From NCBI GenBank assembly GCA_002070955.1, contig MWEK01000012.1:35514-99513 (forward strand): a DNA stretch of 64,000 nucleotides. Reading direction: 5' to 3'. Below the pieces are notes generated by a model. That model worked only from the letters and a program-made list of their open reading frames with translations. It was not told the DNA's origin and made no database searches. Position numbers and translations under genes: made by a program. This DNA is from Planctomycetes bacterium ADurb.Bin069. GTDB taxonomy: Bacteria > Planctomycetota > UBA8108 > UBA8890 > UBA8898. This document shows positions 43,746 to 53,390 of this stretch, piece after piece (positions within the stretch are counted from its first letter, which is position 1; each line of letters starts with the position of its first letter).

Positions 43746-45148
43746 GGGACGGCGGTTCCCCTGATGCCCGCGATGCGCACGGTGGTGCCCGCGCCGACCG
43801 CGCTCTCGATGGCGACCTGCCACCCGTGGGCCTCGGCCAGGCGCCGAACGATGGCCAGGCCCAGACCCGTCCCGCCCGGCCGCAGGGAGTAGTACGGCCG
43901 GAAGACTTTGCCGAGCTCCCCGGCCGGAATGCCGGCGCCGTCGTCGGCCACTTCAATGGCGACGGTTCCGTCGTCCGCCGCCGCAGCGCGGAGCCGGATG
44001 CGGCCGCGGGGCCCGATGGCCTGCGCGGCGTTGACGAGGAGGTTGAGCAGAATCTGCCTGAGCATGCCGGCGTCGGCCAGAACCGCGAGGGGCTCGCCCT
44101 CGATTGCCACGGCGCCCTCCCGCGGCGCGAGGTCCGCCTCGATGAGCGCGGTCATGTCGGCGAAGAGGGTGGGCAGGGGCACGGGCGCGAGCGCGGGCTC
44201 AATGGGACGCGAGAACTGCAAGAATTCGTCGACCCGAGCGACGACGCGGTCGATCTCCTCGACCATGCGCCGGGCGGCATCGCGGTGGCGGTCCGGCGCG
44301 TCGGCGTCGTCGGCGAGCTGCTGCGCCAACCCCCGCACGACGGAGACGGGATTCTTGGTCTCGTGTGCCAGGCCGGCGCCCAGCAGGGCCCATTCGCGGT
44401 GCTGCGCGGCGCGCGTCTCCGCGACGGCCAGCTCGCCGCGCAGGAGCCGCGTTTTGCGGCCGCTCTGAAGGAGGAGGAAGAGGCCGGCGAAGGCGGCGCC
44501 CGCGGCGGCCACGATACCCGCCCGCAGGAGCAGGTCGCCGCGAATGCGCCGGTCGGTTTCCGAGCGGTCCAGAAAGAGAAGGAGATCGGCGGGCCTGGTT
44601 TCGGGGATCTCTTCCAGCGCGGCGCGCCCGCGGCCGGCGGGGCCCGGTCCGTACGGAGGGGCGTGGGGGCCTGGGGCGCGCCCCGGCCCGAGGCGGCCGC
44701 CGAGCCGCATCCCGCCGACGTCGATTCTGCGGGTCATGATCAGATCGGCGTCCGTCCAACACAGGGGCGCGACGCGCTTGGGGAGGGGCTGGGATTCGAC
44801 CGCGCCGGCGGCGGCGATGCGCGCGCCGTCCATGCCGAGGATGATCGCGCCCCGCACCTGCGGGATCTGGAGGACTTCGTCCAGCGCGCCGTTCATGAAC
44901 TCGGGGACCTCGCGCCGGCGCGGCCCCATGGAGCGCAGGGCGGCGTCGAGCATGTTGAGGTAGGCGCCGCCCTCGCGCTCCAGGCTCTCCCGGTGGCCCC
45001 GCGCGGCCAGCTCGTGCTCCAAGGCCTGCCAGACCAGCAGGCCGCCCCACGGGAGGGCGCACCAGAGCGCGAGAACGACCGCGGCGCTTGCGTCCAGGGC
45101 GGGCCGGGCGCCGGCGCCCGGCGCGGAGGAAGGCGGGGGTTCGCGCAT
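43742..45148 (-). CDS. Sensor histidine kinase (NtrB-like partner, membrane-anchored)
   Basis: H-box LAHETKNPV and ATPase boxes [11 protein letters not shown]...DDGAGIP...GTGLGLAI. There is a 4-nt overlap with the downstream regulator. Confidence 0.8.
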   Translation of the reverse strand: MREPPPSSAPGAGARPALDASAAVVLALWCALPWGGLLVWQALEHELAARGHRESLEREGGAYLNMLDAALRSMGPRRREVPEFMNGALDEVLQIPQVRGAIILGMDGARIAAAGAVESQPLPKRVAPLCWTDADLIMTRRIDVGGMRLGGRLGPGRAPGPHAPPYGPGPAGRGRAALEEIPETRPADLLLFLDRSETDRRIRGDLLLRAGIVAAAGAAFAGLFLLLQSGRKTRLLRGELAVAETRAAQHREWALLGAGLAHETKNPVSVVRGLAQQLADDADAPDRHRDAARRMVEEIDRVVARVDEFLQFSRPIEPALAPVPLPTLFADMTALIEADLAPREGAVAIEGEPLAVLADAGMLRQILLNLLVNAAQAIGPRGRIRLRAAAADDGTVAIEVADDGAGIPAGELGKVFRPYYSLRPGGTGLGLAIVRRLAEAHGWQVAIESAVGAGTTVRIAGIRGTAVP

Positions 45149-45276
45149 GAGGGCTCCTTGCGGCTTTCAGTGTGCCACGGCGGAGCGGGGTTGTCCACCG
45201 GCCGGGAGGCGCATCCTTGCATCGGGCCCCGCGGAGGGGTACACTCAGGCCTCCGCTCTTACGGGGAAGGAGAAAA

Positions 45277-47031
45277 ATGAACCCCTCGGACCGTTCGCTC
45301 GCCGTGACCTTCCTTGAGCTTCCCGCCACCGTCGATGGCAGGCTTCATGGTCCTCAATCGCGGGACGTGTACTCGCTGTTCAGGCTGCCGGCCCGGTCGG
45401 CGGATCTGCTGGCGGCCATCGCCAAGCGCGCCGGCTACGGCAATGCCGCGGCTTTGACGCCCGCGTTGCGCAAGGGCGGGCGGCTTTCGGCCGAGGACTG
45501 GCAGCGGCTGCGGACTTCCGACGTGGTGGGAATATCGGTCATCACGCGCACGGCGCCGCCGTCCTACGAGGCCGCCCGGCTGATCCGCGCCGCCAACCCC
45601 CGGGCGACGATCGTTTTCGGCGGGCCGCACCCTTCGGCGCTGCCCGAGGAGGCCCTTCAATTCGGCGACGTCGTGGTCATGCGCGAAGGCGACCGCACGC
45701 TGGCGGAGCTTCTCGAGCGCTTGGCGGAGTCGCGGGAGCGCCCGCACCTGGCCGACGTCAAGGGCATTGCGTACAAGGACGGCGGGCAGGTGGTGGTGAC
45801 GCCGCCCCGGCCGTTCCTCACGGGGGCGGAGCTCGACGCCCTGCCCTTCCCGGTGTTTCCGCGCTACGTCCTTAAGCGCATCACCCACCAAACCGTGTGC
45901 ACCTCCCGCGGCTGTCCCTTCGGCTGCGAGTACTGCTCGGTCATCGAGAATTTCGGGCGCGGCTACCGCTGCCTGTCGGAAGATCGGACCATGGAGCTTC
46001 TGCGGCACCACCTCGCGCAGTCGCGCGCGCCGATCTTCTTCGCCGACGACAACTTCACGGCCAACCGGGCGCACACCAAGTCGCTGCTCGAGCGCTGCCT
46101 GTCCGAGGGGCTGACGCTGCCCGCCTGGAGTTGCCAGTCGCGGGTGGAGGCGGCGTTCGACGACGAGCTTCTGGACCTCATGGTCAAGACCGATTTCAGC
46201 ACGATCATGGTGGGGTTCGAGTCCGTCAACGACGAGACGCTCAAGCTGTGGCACAAGTCCTCCACGCTGGAGAAGAACATGGAGGCCGTGCGGCGCTTCC
46301 ACGCCAAGAGGATCTCGGTTCACGGGATGTTCGTGCTGGGCTCCGAGGCCGACACGGTGGAGACCATCCGCCAGACGATCGCCTTCGCCAAGGGCATGAA
46401 GCTGGACACCGCGCAGTTTTTCGCCATCACGCCGTTGCCGGGGCCGCCGCTGACGCGCAAGCTCGAGGAGCAGGGCTGCATTCTGACCCGCGCCTGGCAC
46501 CTCTACGACGCGCAACACGTGGTCGTCAAGCCGGCGCGCATGACGGCGATGGAGCTCCAGAACGGCATCATGCGCGCCTTCCGCGAGTTCTACAGCCCGT
46601 GGGAGGGCGTGAAGCGGCTCTTCGCGCGCGCCCCGCAGCGCCTCGAGAACTGCGTGATCAGGTTTTTGGGCCGGCGGCTCGTGCGGCGCGTCGCCAAGGA
46701 GACGCGGACGCATCGGCGGGGCCTGGAGCGGCTCAACGAATGGATCGGGCGTGTCGATGCCATGTACGCGAGCTCCAAGGAAAACCTCAAGGAGCTCCGG
46801 GCGTGGATCGAGGCGTCGCGGGAGGATTTCTCCAAGGCGCTCGATCGCGGCCGCGCGGAACTCGCCGAGCGCAAGGCGCGCCTGGTGGCGGGTTTCGAGG
46901 CGCACCTGAAGACCCTCAGGGAGAGCCTGGCTTCCCTGGGCGAGAGCTACCATCCTTTCTGCCAGCGGTTTCTCGACGAGCTCTACGCGCGCTTCCGCAA
47001 GGAAGCCGAGGCCGTGCTCGTGCCGGCGTAG
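45277..47031 (+). CDS. B12-binding domain radical SAM protein (class B) with C-terminal helical extension
   Basis: ATG at 45277 with GGGGAAGGAGAAAA upstream. Cobalamin-binding N-terminus. CTSRGCPFGCEYC contains the Cx3Cx2C radical SAM motif. Confidence 0.8.
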   Translation: MNPSDRSLAVTFLELPATVDGRLHGPQSRDVYSLFRLPARSADLLAAIAKRAGYGNAAALTPALRKGGRLSAEDWQRLRTSDVVGISVITRTAPPSYEAARLIRAANPRATIVFGGPHPSALPEEALQFGDVVVMREGDRTLAELLERLAESRERPHLADVKGIAYKDGGQVVVTPPRPFLTGAELDALPFPVFPRYVLKRITHQTVCTSRGCPFGCEYCSVIENFGRGYRCLSEDRTMELLRHHLAQSRAPIFFADDNFTANRAHTKSLLERCLSEGLTLPAWSCQSRVEAAFDDELLDLMVKTDFSTIMVGFESVNDETLKLWHKSSTLEKNMEAVRRFHAKRISVHGMFVLGSEADTVETIRQTIAFAKGMKLDTAQFFAITPLPGPPLTRKLEEQGCILTRAWHLYDAQHVVVKPARMTAMELQNGIMRAFREFYSPWEGVKRLFARAPQRLENCVIRFLGRRLVRRVAKETRTHRRGLERLNEWIGRVDAMYASSKENLKELRAWIEASREDFSKALDRGRAELAERKARLVAGFEAHLKTLRESLASLGESYHPFCQRFLDELYARFRKEAEAVLVPA

Positions 47032-47059
47032 CGCGGGCGCGCGCGTCGAGGGGCGGGCG

Positions 47060-48550
47060 CTAGAGCTCCCAACCCGGGCGGTAGGACCGCGCCAGGAGCC
47101 GGTTGGCGGCTTCCGAGTTCGTGAACCGGCGCGCCGCCGCGTCCCACGCGAGCTTCTTGTCGACGCGCAACGCGATGTTCCCCAGAAGAATCGTCTGGCT
47201 CCAGGGCCAGGCGCGCTCGAAACTCGCCTCGGTGGCCGGGCCGCCGCGGCAGGCCTTGATCCACTGGTCGACTTCCGGGAGGGGGCGGGCCAAGGTGGCG
47301 GGAGGCTTGGCGAAGGCGCGCATCTTCCGGGACGGAATCAAGCGGGGGTTGTCGCCCATGAATTCGGCCAGCAGCTTGCCCTCGTCGCCGACGAACATCA
47401 TGCCCTCCGCGGGGAGGTCTTCGCCGTCCTCCTCGAGCTCGGCGGGCAGCGGCGGCCGCAGGCCTCCGTCGTACCAGTAGAGGACGACGGGCGGCATGCC
47501 GTCGCGCGCGGGGAACTCCCAGCGGATCGCCGCCGCGCGGGGGAAAGACACGTTGTTCTCCTGCTTGACCCACAGGCAGTCCTCGATCTTCCAGAACTGG
47601 TCGCGGCCCGCCTCGACGGCGGACGGCGCGCCGAGGTTCAGGATCTTGAAGATCTGCGAGAAGCTGTAGTGGCCCATGTCGCCGAGGGCGCCGCTTCCGA
47701 AGTCGATCCAGCCCCGGAACACGGCGTGGGTGTAGGCGGGGTGGTACGGACGCGGCGGCACGGGGCCGAGCCAGAGGTCCCAGTCCAGGCCGTCCGGCAC
47801 CGGCGGCCGTTCGCGCGGCAGTTCGGTCATGCCCTGTGGCCAGAAGGGGCGCGTCGTCCAGTTGTGGACCTCGCGCACCGCGCCGATGGCGCCGGCCTGA
47901 ATCCATTCCCGCATGAGGGGCGTGGAGTGCTTGTCGGCGGCGCAGAAAAGATGCGTCGCGAGGCCGGTGGCCTTCGCCGTCGTCATGGCCAGGTGCGACT
48001 CGGAGAAGGTGTTCGCGACAGGCTTGTGCGTGATCGCGTGCTTGCCGAGGCGCATGGCGGCGACGACCACCGAGCCGTGGAGGTGGTCGGGCGTCATGTT
48101 GTAGACGGCGTCCAGATCCTTCTCCTTGGCGAGCATCTCCCTGAAGTCGGCGTAGGCGGGGCATTTCCAGCCGAGCCCGGTCTTGGCATAGTGCCGCTCG
48201 ACCAGCTCCGTGCCGACTTCGCGGCCGCAGCGGCAGCCTTTCGCGTCGGCGCCCCAGGCCGGGTCGTCGAGGAAGCGCCTGACCTTGTCCCGAATCTCGT
48301 TGCGGCCCCACTCGACGTAGTCGTCGGATCTGCGGTTGGGGTCGCACATGGCGGCGACGCGCATGTCGCCCCGCGGCAGCGCCTCGATCAGTTGGCGGAT
48401 GCCCTGGGTTCCCGCGCCGACGAAGGCGACGTTCACGCGGTCGCTGGGCGCGACGAATTTCGCGCCGGCGATGACGCGGCGCGGCACGGCGGTGAGGGCC
48501 GCCCCCGCGGCGGCGGCGGCCAGAAAACGGCGTCGGCTGGCGGTGTGCAT
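47060..48550 (-). CDS. Gfo/Idh/MocA-family oxidoreductase with Tat signal peptide
   Basis: SRRRFLAAAAAGAALTAV is a twin-arginine motif. VAFVGAGTQG is the Rossmann motif. ATG at 48550 with CAGGAGGAACC upstream. Confidence 0.85.
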   Translation of the reverse strand: MHTASRRRFLAAAAAGAALTAVPRRVIAGAKFVAPSDRVNVAFVGAGTQGIRQLIEALPRGDMRVAAMCDPNRRSDDYVEWGRNEIRDKVRRFLDDPAWGADAKGCRCGREVGTELVERHYAKTGLGWKCPAYADFREMLAKEKDLDAVYNMTPDHLHGSVVVAAMRLGKHAITHKPVANTFSESHLAMTTAKATGLATHLFCAADKHSTPLMREWIQAGAIGAVREVHNWTTRPFWPQGMTELPRERPPVPDGLDWDLWLGPVPPRPYHPAYTHAVFRGWIDFGSGALGDMGHYSFSQIFKILNLGAPSAVEAGRDQFWKIEDCLWVKQENNVSFPRAAAIRWEFPARDGMPPVVLYWYDGGLRPPLPAELEEDGEDLPAEGMMFVGDEGKLLAEFMGDNPRLIPSRKMRAFAKPPATLARPLPEVDQWIKACRGGPATEASFERAWPWSQTILLGNIALRVDKKLAWDAAARRFTNSEAANRLLARSYRPGWEL

Positions 48551-48697
48551 GGTTCCTCCTGGGAGAGCGTGATGCGCGACGGCTGCATCGTACCCGGCGT
48601 GCCGCGCGCCTCACAAGAGCCCGGCGCACGGGCGAACAACGAAAACGCGGCGCGCGCGGAAGATTCGATCCGCGCGCGCCGCGCGCAGGCCGGCCGG

Positions 48698-49582
48698 CTA
48701 CTGGCGGTAGTCGCAGATGCCGTCGTTGTTCCGGTCGACGAAACCAGGCCCGCGTCCGCGTCCCCAACCGGGGCCGGCCTGGGGCTGGGCCGGGGGATTA
48801 CCCATCGGTCCGCGTCCGCGTCCCCAGCCGGGAGCGCCCTGGGGCTGGGCCGGGGGATTGCCCATTGGTCCGCGCCCGCGTCCCCAGCCGGGGCCAGCCT
48901 GGGGCTGGGCCGGGGGATTACCCATCGGTCCGCGCCCGCGTCCCCACCCGGGGCCAGCCTGGGGCTGGGCCGGGGGATTGCCCATCGGCCCGCGTCCGCG
49001 ACCCCAACCGGGGCCGCCCTGCGGCGGAGCGGGAGGATTACCCATCGGTCCGCGTCCGCGTCCCCAACCGGGAGCGGCCTGCGGCGGAGCCGGAGGATTG
49101 CCCGCGGGACCTTGCCTGTAACCCCAGGCGGGGCCGCCCTGGAACGGAGCGCGAGGAGGCGGTCCCCACGGCCGGTTCCAGCATGGGCAGCCCGCGCGTC
49201 CCCGGAAGCCCGCGGGGGGCGCCGTCCCCTGAAGCCGATCGCAGACTCCGTCTCGGTTGCGATCGACGAACCACCGGCCGGGTCCGAACGCGGGGCCGAC
49301 CGGCCGCCCGAAGGCGCGGCCCGGTCCCGGCTGAAAGGCCGGAGCGCGGGGCGCCAAGCCTTGGATTCGGTCGCAGACTCCGTCTCGGTTGCGATCGACA
49401 AACCACGGACCGCGTCCGAACCACCCGGGCGGCGCGGGCGCGGGCGAATCGGGCGCGACCTGCGGTTGTGCCGGGGCGGGGCTTGCCTCCTGCGGCGCCG
49501 CCTCCTGCGCCATCGCGGCGCCGCAGGCCCAGAAGAACATGGCCGCGAACGCCAACGCCGTCAACGTTTTCGAGCTCAACAT
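48698..49582 (-). CDS. Secreted Gly/Pro-rich repeat protein with three FVDRNxDGxCD (EF-hand-like) motifs and about 6 tandem 20-aa repeats
   Basis: ATG at 49582 with CAGGAGGTGACGC upstream; signal peptide. The unit PMGNPPAQPQAGPGWGRGRG is repeated about 6 times. Motifs WFVDRNRDGVCDRIQG, WFVDRNRDGVCDRLQG and FVDRNNDGICDYRQ flank the repeats. Confidence 0.65.
   Translation of the reverse strand: MLSSKTLTALAFAAMFFWACGAAMAQEAAPQEASPAPAQPQVAPDSPAPAPPGWFGRGPWFVDRNRDGVCDRIQGLAPRAPAFQPGPGRAFGRPVGPAFGPGRWFVDRNRDGVCDRLQGTAPPAGFRGRAGCPCWNRPWGPPPRAPFQGGPAWGYRQGPAGNPPAPPQAAPGWGRGRGPMGNPPAPPQGGPGWGRGRGPMGNPPAQPQAGPGWGRGRGPMGNPPAQPQAGPGWGRGRGPMGNPPAQPQGAPGWGRGRGPMGNPPAQPQAGPGWGRGRGPGFVDRNNDGICDYRQ
48745..49135. 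repeat. Tandem direct repeats, about 6.3 copies of a 60-nt unit (coding repeats of the G/P-rich protein)
   Basis: The unit cccatcggtccgcgtccgcgtccccagccgggagcgccctggggctgggccgggggattg recurs with few substitutions. Confidence 0.8.
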
Positions 49583-49847
49583 GCGTCACCTCCTGTGTGA
49601 TCCACTCTGGCTCGCCGGACTGAAGCTGCGTGACTTTTAGCAACAACCATGCCAATGCGCGTTGAAGCTCTTTCGGCCCTCGCGAGCCTGGAAAAGGCGC
49701 CGCCGCCGCGCCGTCGCGCGTGGCAACGGGTGCAAGCCTTGCACTCCACCGGAGGCGGTGCAAGATCTGCCCGCGCCGCGCGGTTGCCGCCCCGGGCGCG
49801 CGGTGGTACAAGAAATGCGGCGGACGAATCGTTCCCGAGAGACTGTA

Positions 49848-50606
49848 ATGAACGCGGAGGCGCTCCTTTCTTTTCCGATTCTGGTCCTGGCGGCGCTCTG
49901 CCTGGTCGGGTGCGCGGAGCCCGCGCCCGCGCCCGAAGCGGCACGGGCGCCGGAGGTGATCGCGATAGGGCGTTCGGTGCGCGGCGCGCCGATCGAGGCG
50001 TGGATGTTTCCGGGGCGCGAGCCCGGCTTCCTCATCATCGGCGGAGTGCACGGCGATGAACCCATCGGCGCGGAGCTTGTCGAGGCGTTCGCGGAACGTC
50101 TGCGGGCCGACCCCGCGGCGGCGGGCGGACGGCTTCTGGTTCTCGTGCCGCGGGCGAATCCCGACGGTCTTACGGCCGGAACCCGCGGGAACGCCCGAGG
50201 GATCGACCTTAACCGCAACTTCCCCGCGCCGAACTTCACGGCGGCGGCGCGCCACGGGAGCAAAGCGGCCTCGGAGCCGGAGACACGCGCCCTCGTGGAG
50301 CTCTTGGCGACGCACGCGTTCGCCTGCGTGATCGCGGTTCACGCGCCGCTTCGCTGCGTGGATTTCGATTGCGAGGCCGCCGGGCCCATCGCGGAGGCGA
50401 TGGCCGCGGCGGGCGGGCTTCCGCTCCGGCGCCTGGGAGCCTTGCCGGGTTCGCTGGGGTCGTATGCCGGCGTGCACCTGGACCTACGCTTGGTGACGTA
50501 CGAGCTGGGCCGCCGGCGCGCGCCCAGGGAAAAGACGGCGGAATACCTGGCGCCGCACGTCGAGGCCTTATGCGCGGCGGTGCGCGCGGCGGCCGCGCTG
50601 GAATGA
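49848..50606 (+). CDS. M14-family zinc carboxypeptidase-like lipoprotein (MpaA/succinylglutamate-desuccinylase-like fold)
   Basis: Lipobox LVGCAEP. Zinc-ligand region GGVHGDEPIG and DLNRNFP motif. Confidence 0.7.
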   Translation: MNAEALLSFPILVLAALCLVGCAEPAPAPEAARAPEVIAIGRSVRGAPIEAWMFPGREPGFLIIGGVHGDEPIGAELVEAFAERLRADPAAAGGRLLVLVPRANPDGLTAGTRGNARGIDLNRNFPAPNFTAAARHGSKAASEPETRALVELLATHAFACVIAVHAPLRCVDFDCEAAGPIAEAMAAAGGLPLRRLGALPGSLGSYAGVHLDLRLVTYELGRRRAPREKTAEYLAPHVEALCAAVRAAAALE

Positions 50607-50739
50607 AGATGCGGCCGCCTGAGAAAAGAGGTTGGGCGGGAAGGAACCGCCAGGGCCGGCGGCTTGGCGCCGGGCTCCGGCTGCCTTGTGGCATCGAGAA
50701 TTCGACCGGGAAGGTTCGGCTTCGGGGGTGAGGTGCGCC

Positions 50740-51612
50740 GTGGGCGGCTTGGCGTTGAAGCATGGGACGGTCGTGTTTCTCAGGGGCTTCGGCCAAATCA
50801 TGCTCCAGCCGAGCGCGCTCACCGGCGCCTTGTTTCTCGCCGGCATCTGCACGAACTCCTGGTTGCTGGCTGCGGGCGCGCTTGCCGGCGCCCTGGCCGG
50901 CGTGGTCACCGCCATGCTCTGCGGGTTCAAGCCGGCCGAGATTTCTCAGGGAATCTACGGTTTCAACGGCGCCTTGGTGGGCATCGCACTGCTCGTTTTC
51001 CACGCCCCGGGCGCCTTGTGCTGGCTGCTGATCGCGGCCGGCGGCGCGTTGTCGACTCTCATCATGCGCGTAATGCTGCGCCGGGCGGAGTTTCTGCCGC
51101 CCTTTACGGCGCCCTTCATCCTGGCGGCTTGGGCCATGCTGGCGCTTGCCCATTCGGCCGGAATTGAGGCGGCCGCCCTGGGACGCCCGCCGAGCCATCC
51201 GGGCGATGTCTTCGCCGTTTTCCGCGGCCTGGGACAAGTGATGTTTCAGGAATCCTGGATCGCGGGGGCGGTGTTTTCAATCGGCCTTCTGCTGCATTCA
51301 CGCCAGGCCGCGGCGTGGGGGGTGATAGGCTCGGCGGTCGGGCTGCTCGCCGCCCGCGGCCTCGGCTGCCCCGAGGCCCTCCTCGACGCGGGGATTTTCG
51401 GTTTCAACGGCGCGTTGGCGGGCATCGCCCTGGGCAGCGCCTTTCGCGACAACGCCATGATGCCCCTTGCGGGCGCCGTTCTGTCGGCGGCGATTACCCG
51501 CGGCTTTCAGTTGGCTGGAATTCCCGCCCTGACAGCCCCCTTCGTCCTTGCCACGTGGGCGGCGATCTTGGCGGATCGCGGCTGGGCGCGGGTGTGCCGC
51601 GCGCGCAGCTGA
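50740..51612 (+). CDS. Urea-transporter (UT) family membrane protein
   Basis: Internal duplication with hallmark LRGFGQIMLQ / FRGLGQVMFQ and GFNGALVGIAL / GFNGALAGIAL signature pairs. The proposed GTG start at 50740 (GGGGGTGAGG upstream) is uncertain; the ORF is open from 50632. Confidence 0.65.
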   Translation: MGGLALKHGTVVFLRGFGQIMLQPSALTGALFLAGICTNSWLLAAGALAGALAGVVTAMLCGFKPAEISQGIYGFNGALVGIALLVFHAPGALCWLLIAAGGALSTLIMRVMLRRAEFLPPFTAPFILAAWAMLALAHSAGIEAAALGRPPSHPGDVFAVFRGLGQVMFQESWIAGAVFSIGLLLHSRQAAAWGVIGSAVGLLAARGLGCPEALLDAGIFGFNGALAGIALGSAFRDNAMMPLAGAVLSAAITRGFQLAGIPALTAPFVLATWAAILADRGWARVCRARS

Positions 51613-51772
51613 TCGACGCCGACGAGGCGCGCGGCTCGGGGTGGTTGCGGCCTGAGGGACGTCGAATCCGCGGCAACCGACGGCCCGTGGCGGTTGCTTG
51701 CGCCGTCCGTCCGGGAGCCTACAATAAACCTTGGGTGGGCACGAGGCACCCGTGGTTGACAGGAGGCGTTCC

Positions 51773-52618
51773 GTGCACAGACTGCGGTCGGCATTGGCAA
51801 TTGCCGTATTGTGTGGGTCGGCGGCGCGGGCGGCTGATGCCGTGTACGCTGTCGCCGACACGGGGATCGCGCCGGGGGCGAAGGGCGCCCGCGTTCCCAT
51901 CGCGGCCATGTTCCCGCTACCGACTCAGGGTTTTTCGATGGCCCTGCGCCACGACTGCCCGGCATGCGCCGTTCGCGGGGTTACCACCGACGGCACGATC
52001 GCGTCCGAGGCGGATTTCGTGGAAATCCTCGTGGACGCGCAACTCCGCACGGTGGTCGTCGGGCTGCTGATGGCGGCCGCGCCGCCCGGCGGTCTCAAGG
52101 CGATCCCCGCGCTTCCCGAACCCGCCCCCGTCGTGGCGCTGGAAGTGGACGTGGATGCCGCCGCGGCGCTCGGCGAATTCGAGTTCCGGTTCGAGCCCGC
52201 GGGCTTGCCTTCGGGCGGCGCATGGGTCTACAACACGTACGCCGCCGACAACCGTTCCTTCCCCGTGACGCAGCTTCGGCCCGGCGTGGTGACGGTGGCC
52301 GAGGCGCCGCCGCCGGGGTTCCCCCGCTTCATCCGCGGCGACGCCAACCAAAACCTCGAGCTGGACCTCTCCGACGTCATCTACATGCTGAACGCGCGCT
52401 GGATGCGGCCCGGCAGACCGCCGTGCCTCGATGCGTGCGATGTCAACGATGACGGCAAGCTCGACGTCGCCGACCCGATCTATCTCCTGAGCTACCTCTT
52501 CGGCAAGGGCCCGCGGCCGCCCGTGCCCGGGCTTGTGCCCGGCATCGACTGGACGCCGGACTCCCTGGACTGCGAGCACCCCGCGGCAGGCTGGCTCACG
52601 GACTTCTGGCCGCGGTGA
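51773..52618 (+). CDS. Secreted protein with C-terminal dockerin-like double-repeat module
   Basis: GTG at 51773 with AGGAGG 6 nt upstream; signal peptide. RGDANQNLELDLSDVIYMLNARW and CDVNDDGKLDVADPIYLLSYLFGKG resemble type-I dockerin Ca-binding repeats. Confidence 0.65.
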   Translation: MHRLRSALAIAVLCGSAARAADAVYAVADTGIAPGAKGARVPIAAMFPLPTQGFSMALRHDCPACAVRGVTTDGTIASEADFVEILVDAQLRTVVVGLLMAAAPPGGLKAIPALPEPAPVVALEVDVDAAAALGEFEFRFEPAGLPSGGAWVYNTYAADNRSFPVTQLRPGVVTVAEAPPPGFPRFIRGDANQNLELDLSDVIYMLNARWMRPGRPPCLDACDVNDDGKLDVADPIYLLSYLFGKGPRPPVPGLVPGIDWTPDSLDCEHPAAGWLTDFWPR

Positions 52619-52723
52619 CGCGGCCTCAAAGGGCGCCGTAACGGAGCCGCAAGTCGGTGGCGGCGGACTGAACGCTCTTCTCCTGGTTCTTCGTGTCGTC
52701 CGCCGCGCTGCGCGGCGTCGCCG

Positions 52724-53218
52724 TCACGGCCCCGCGTGGATCATGGGCCAGGCGCCGCCGGCTTCCTCCGCGGCGAGGGCCGTTTCGCGCTCTTCCTCAA
52801 GCAGTTGGTAGTGCCCGCGTTCCATGCGCGCCAGGTAGTCCAACATGCGGGCGGTGTCCGTGTCGGCGCGCACGCGGTCGGCGAGGGCCTGGTAGAAATC
52901 GCGGGCCGCCTGCTCGGCGGCCATGGCCTGCCCGAGGACCGTCGAAAGCGGCGTCGCGTCGTCGGGAATGTCGAGTTCCGGGAGGGGTACGGGCGAAGCG
53001 TCGGGCGGCGTCGCCGCCCGCCCCGGAAACTTGCCCTGGTGGATTTGCGTGAGGATCGCCGCGTGCTTCTCCTCCTCGGCGGCGAGAAACAGCAGTCGGT
53101 CGCGGAGGAGAAAGTTCTCGACCCGCGCGGCCACGGCGGAATACACGCGGTGGGCGTCGATCTCGCTCCTGATGCCGGCCAGGAGCAGCTCTTCCAGGCT
53201 GAATGCGGTCACGTCCAT
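52724..53218 (-). CDS. Ferritin-like/rubrerythrin-family four-helix-bundle protein
   Basis: ATG at 53218 with GAGGGAG upstream. Paired E-x-x-H-like motifs (LAAEEEKHAAIL; LARMERGHYQLLEEE) suggest a diiron site. Confidence 0.55.
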   Translation of the reverse strand: MDVTAFSLEELLLAGIRSEIDAHRVYSAVAARVENFLLRDRLLFLAAEEEKHAAILTQIHQGKFPGRAATPPDASPVPLPELDIPDDATPLSTVLGQAMAAEQAARDFYQALADRVRADTDTARMLDYLARMERGHYQLLEEERETALAAEEAGGAWPMIHAGP

Positions 53219-53390
53219 GAGGTTGTTCTCCCTCGTGTGCCGAAACGGCGGCGATTATAGCATGGCGCGACGGTTTCGCGCGGCCGTATCCCCGGCCGCG
53301 GGGACTGTGCGCCGGGGCGGCGGCCGCGTAAAATGGCGTCCCCCGGGGAGGAAACACGTGGTTCCTCTTGGGCTCGAAAAGAGGCGCGCC

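Noticed and set aside
48745-49135. Possible CRISPR-like array
   Set aside because: The repeats are directly adjacent with no unique spacers, and they lie inside a coding sequence. It is a tandem coding repeat, not CRISPR.
48717-49623. Plus-strand ORFs over the 60-nt repeat array
   Set aside because: The repeats are open in several frames. Only the minus-strand frame has a signal peptide, a strong SD and flanking conserved motifs.
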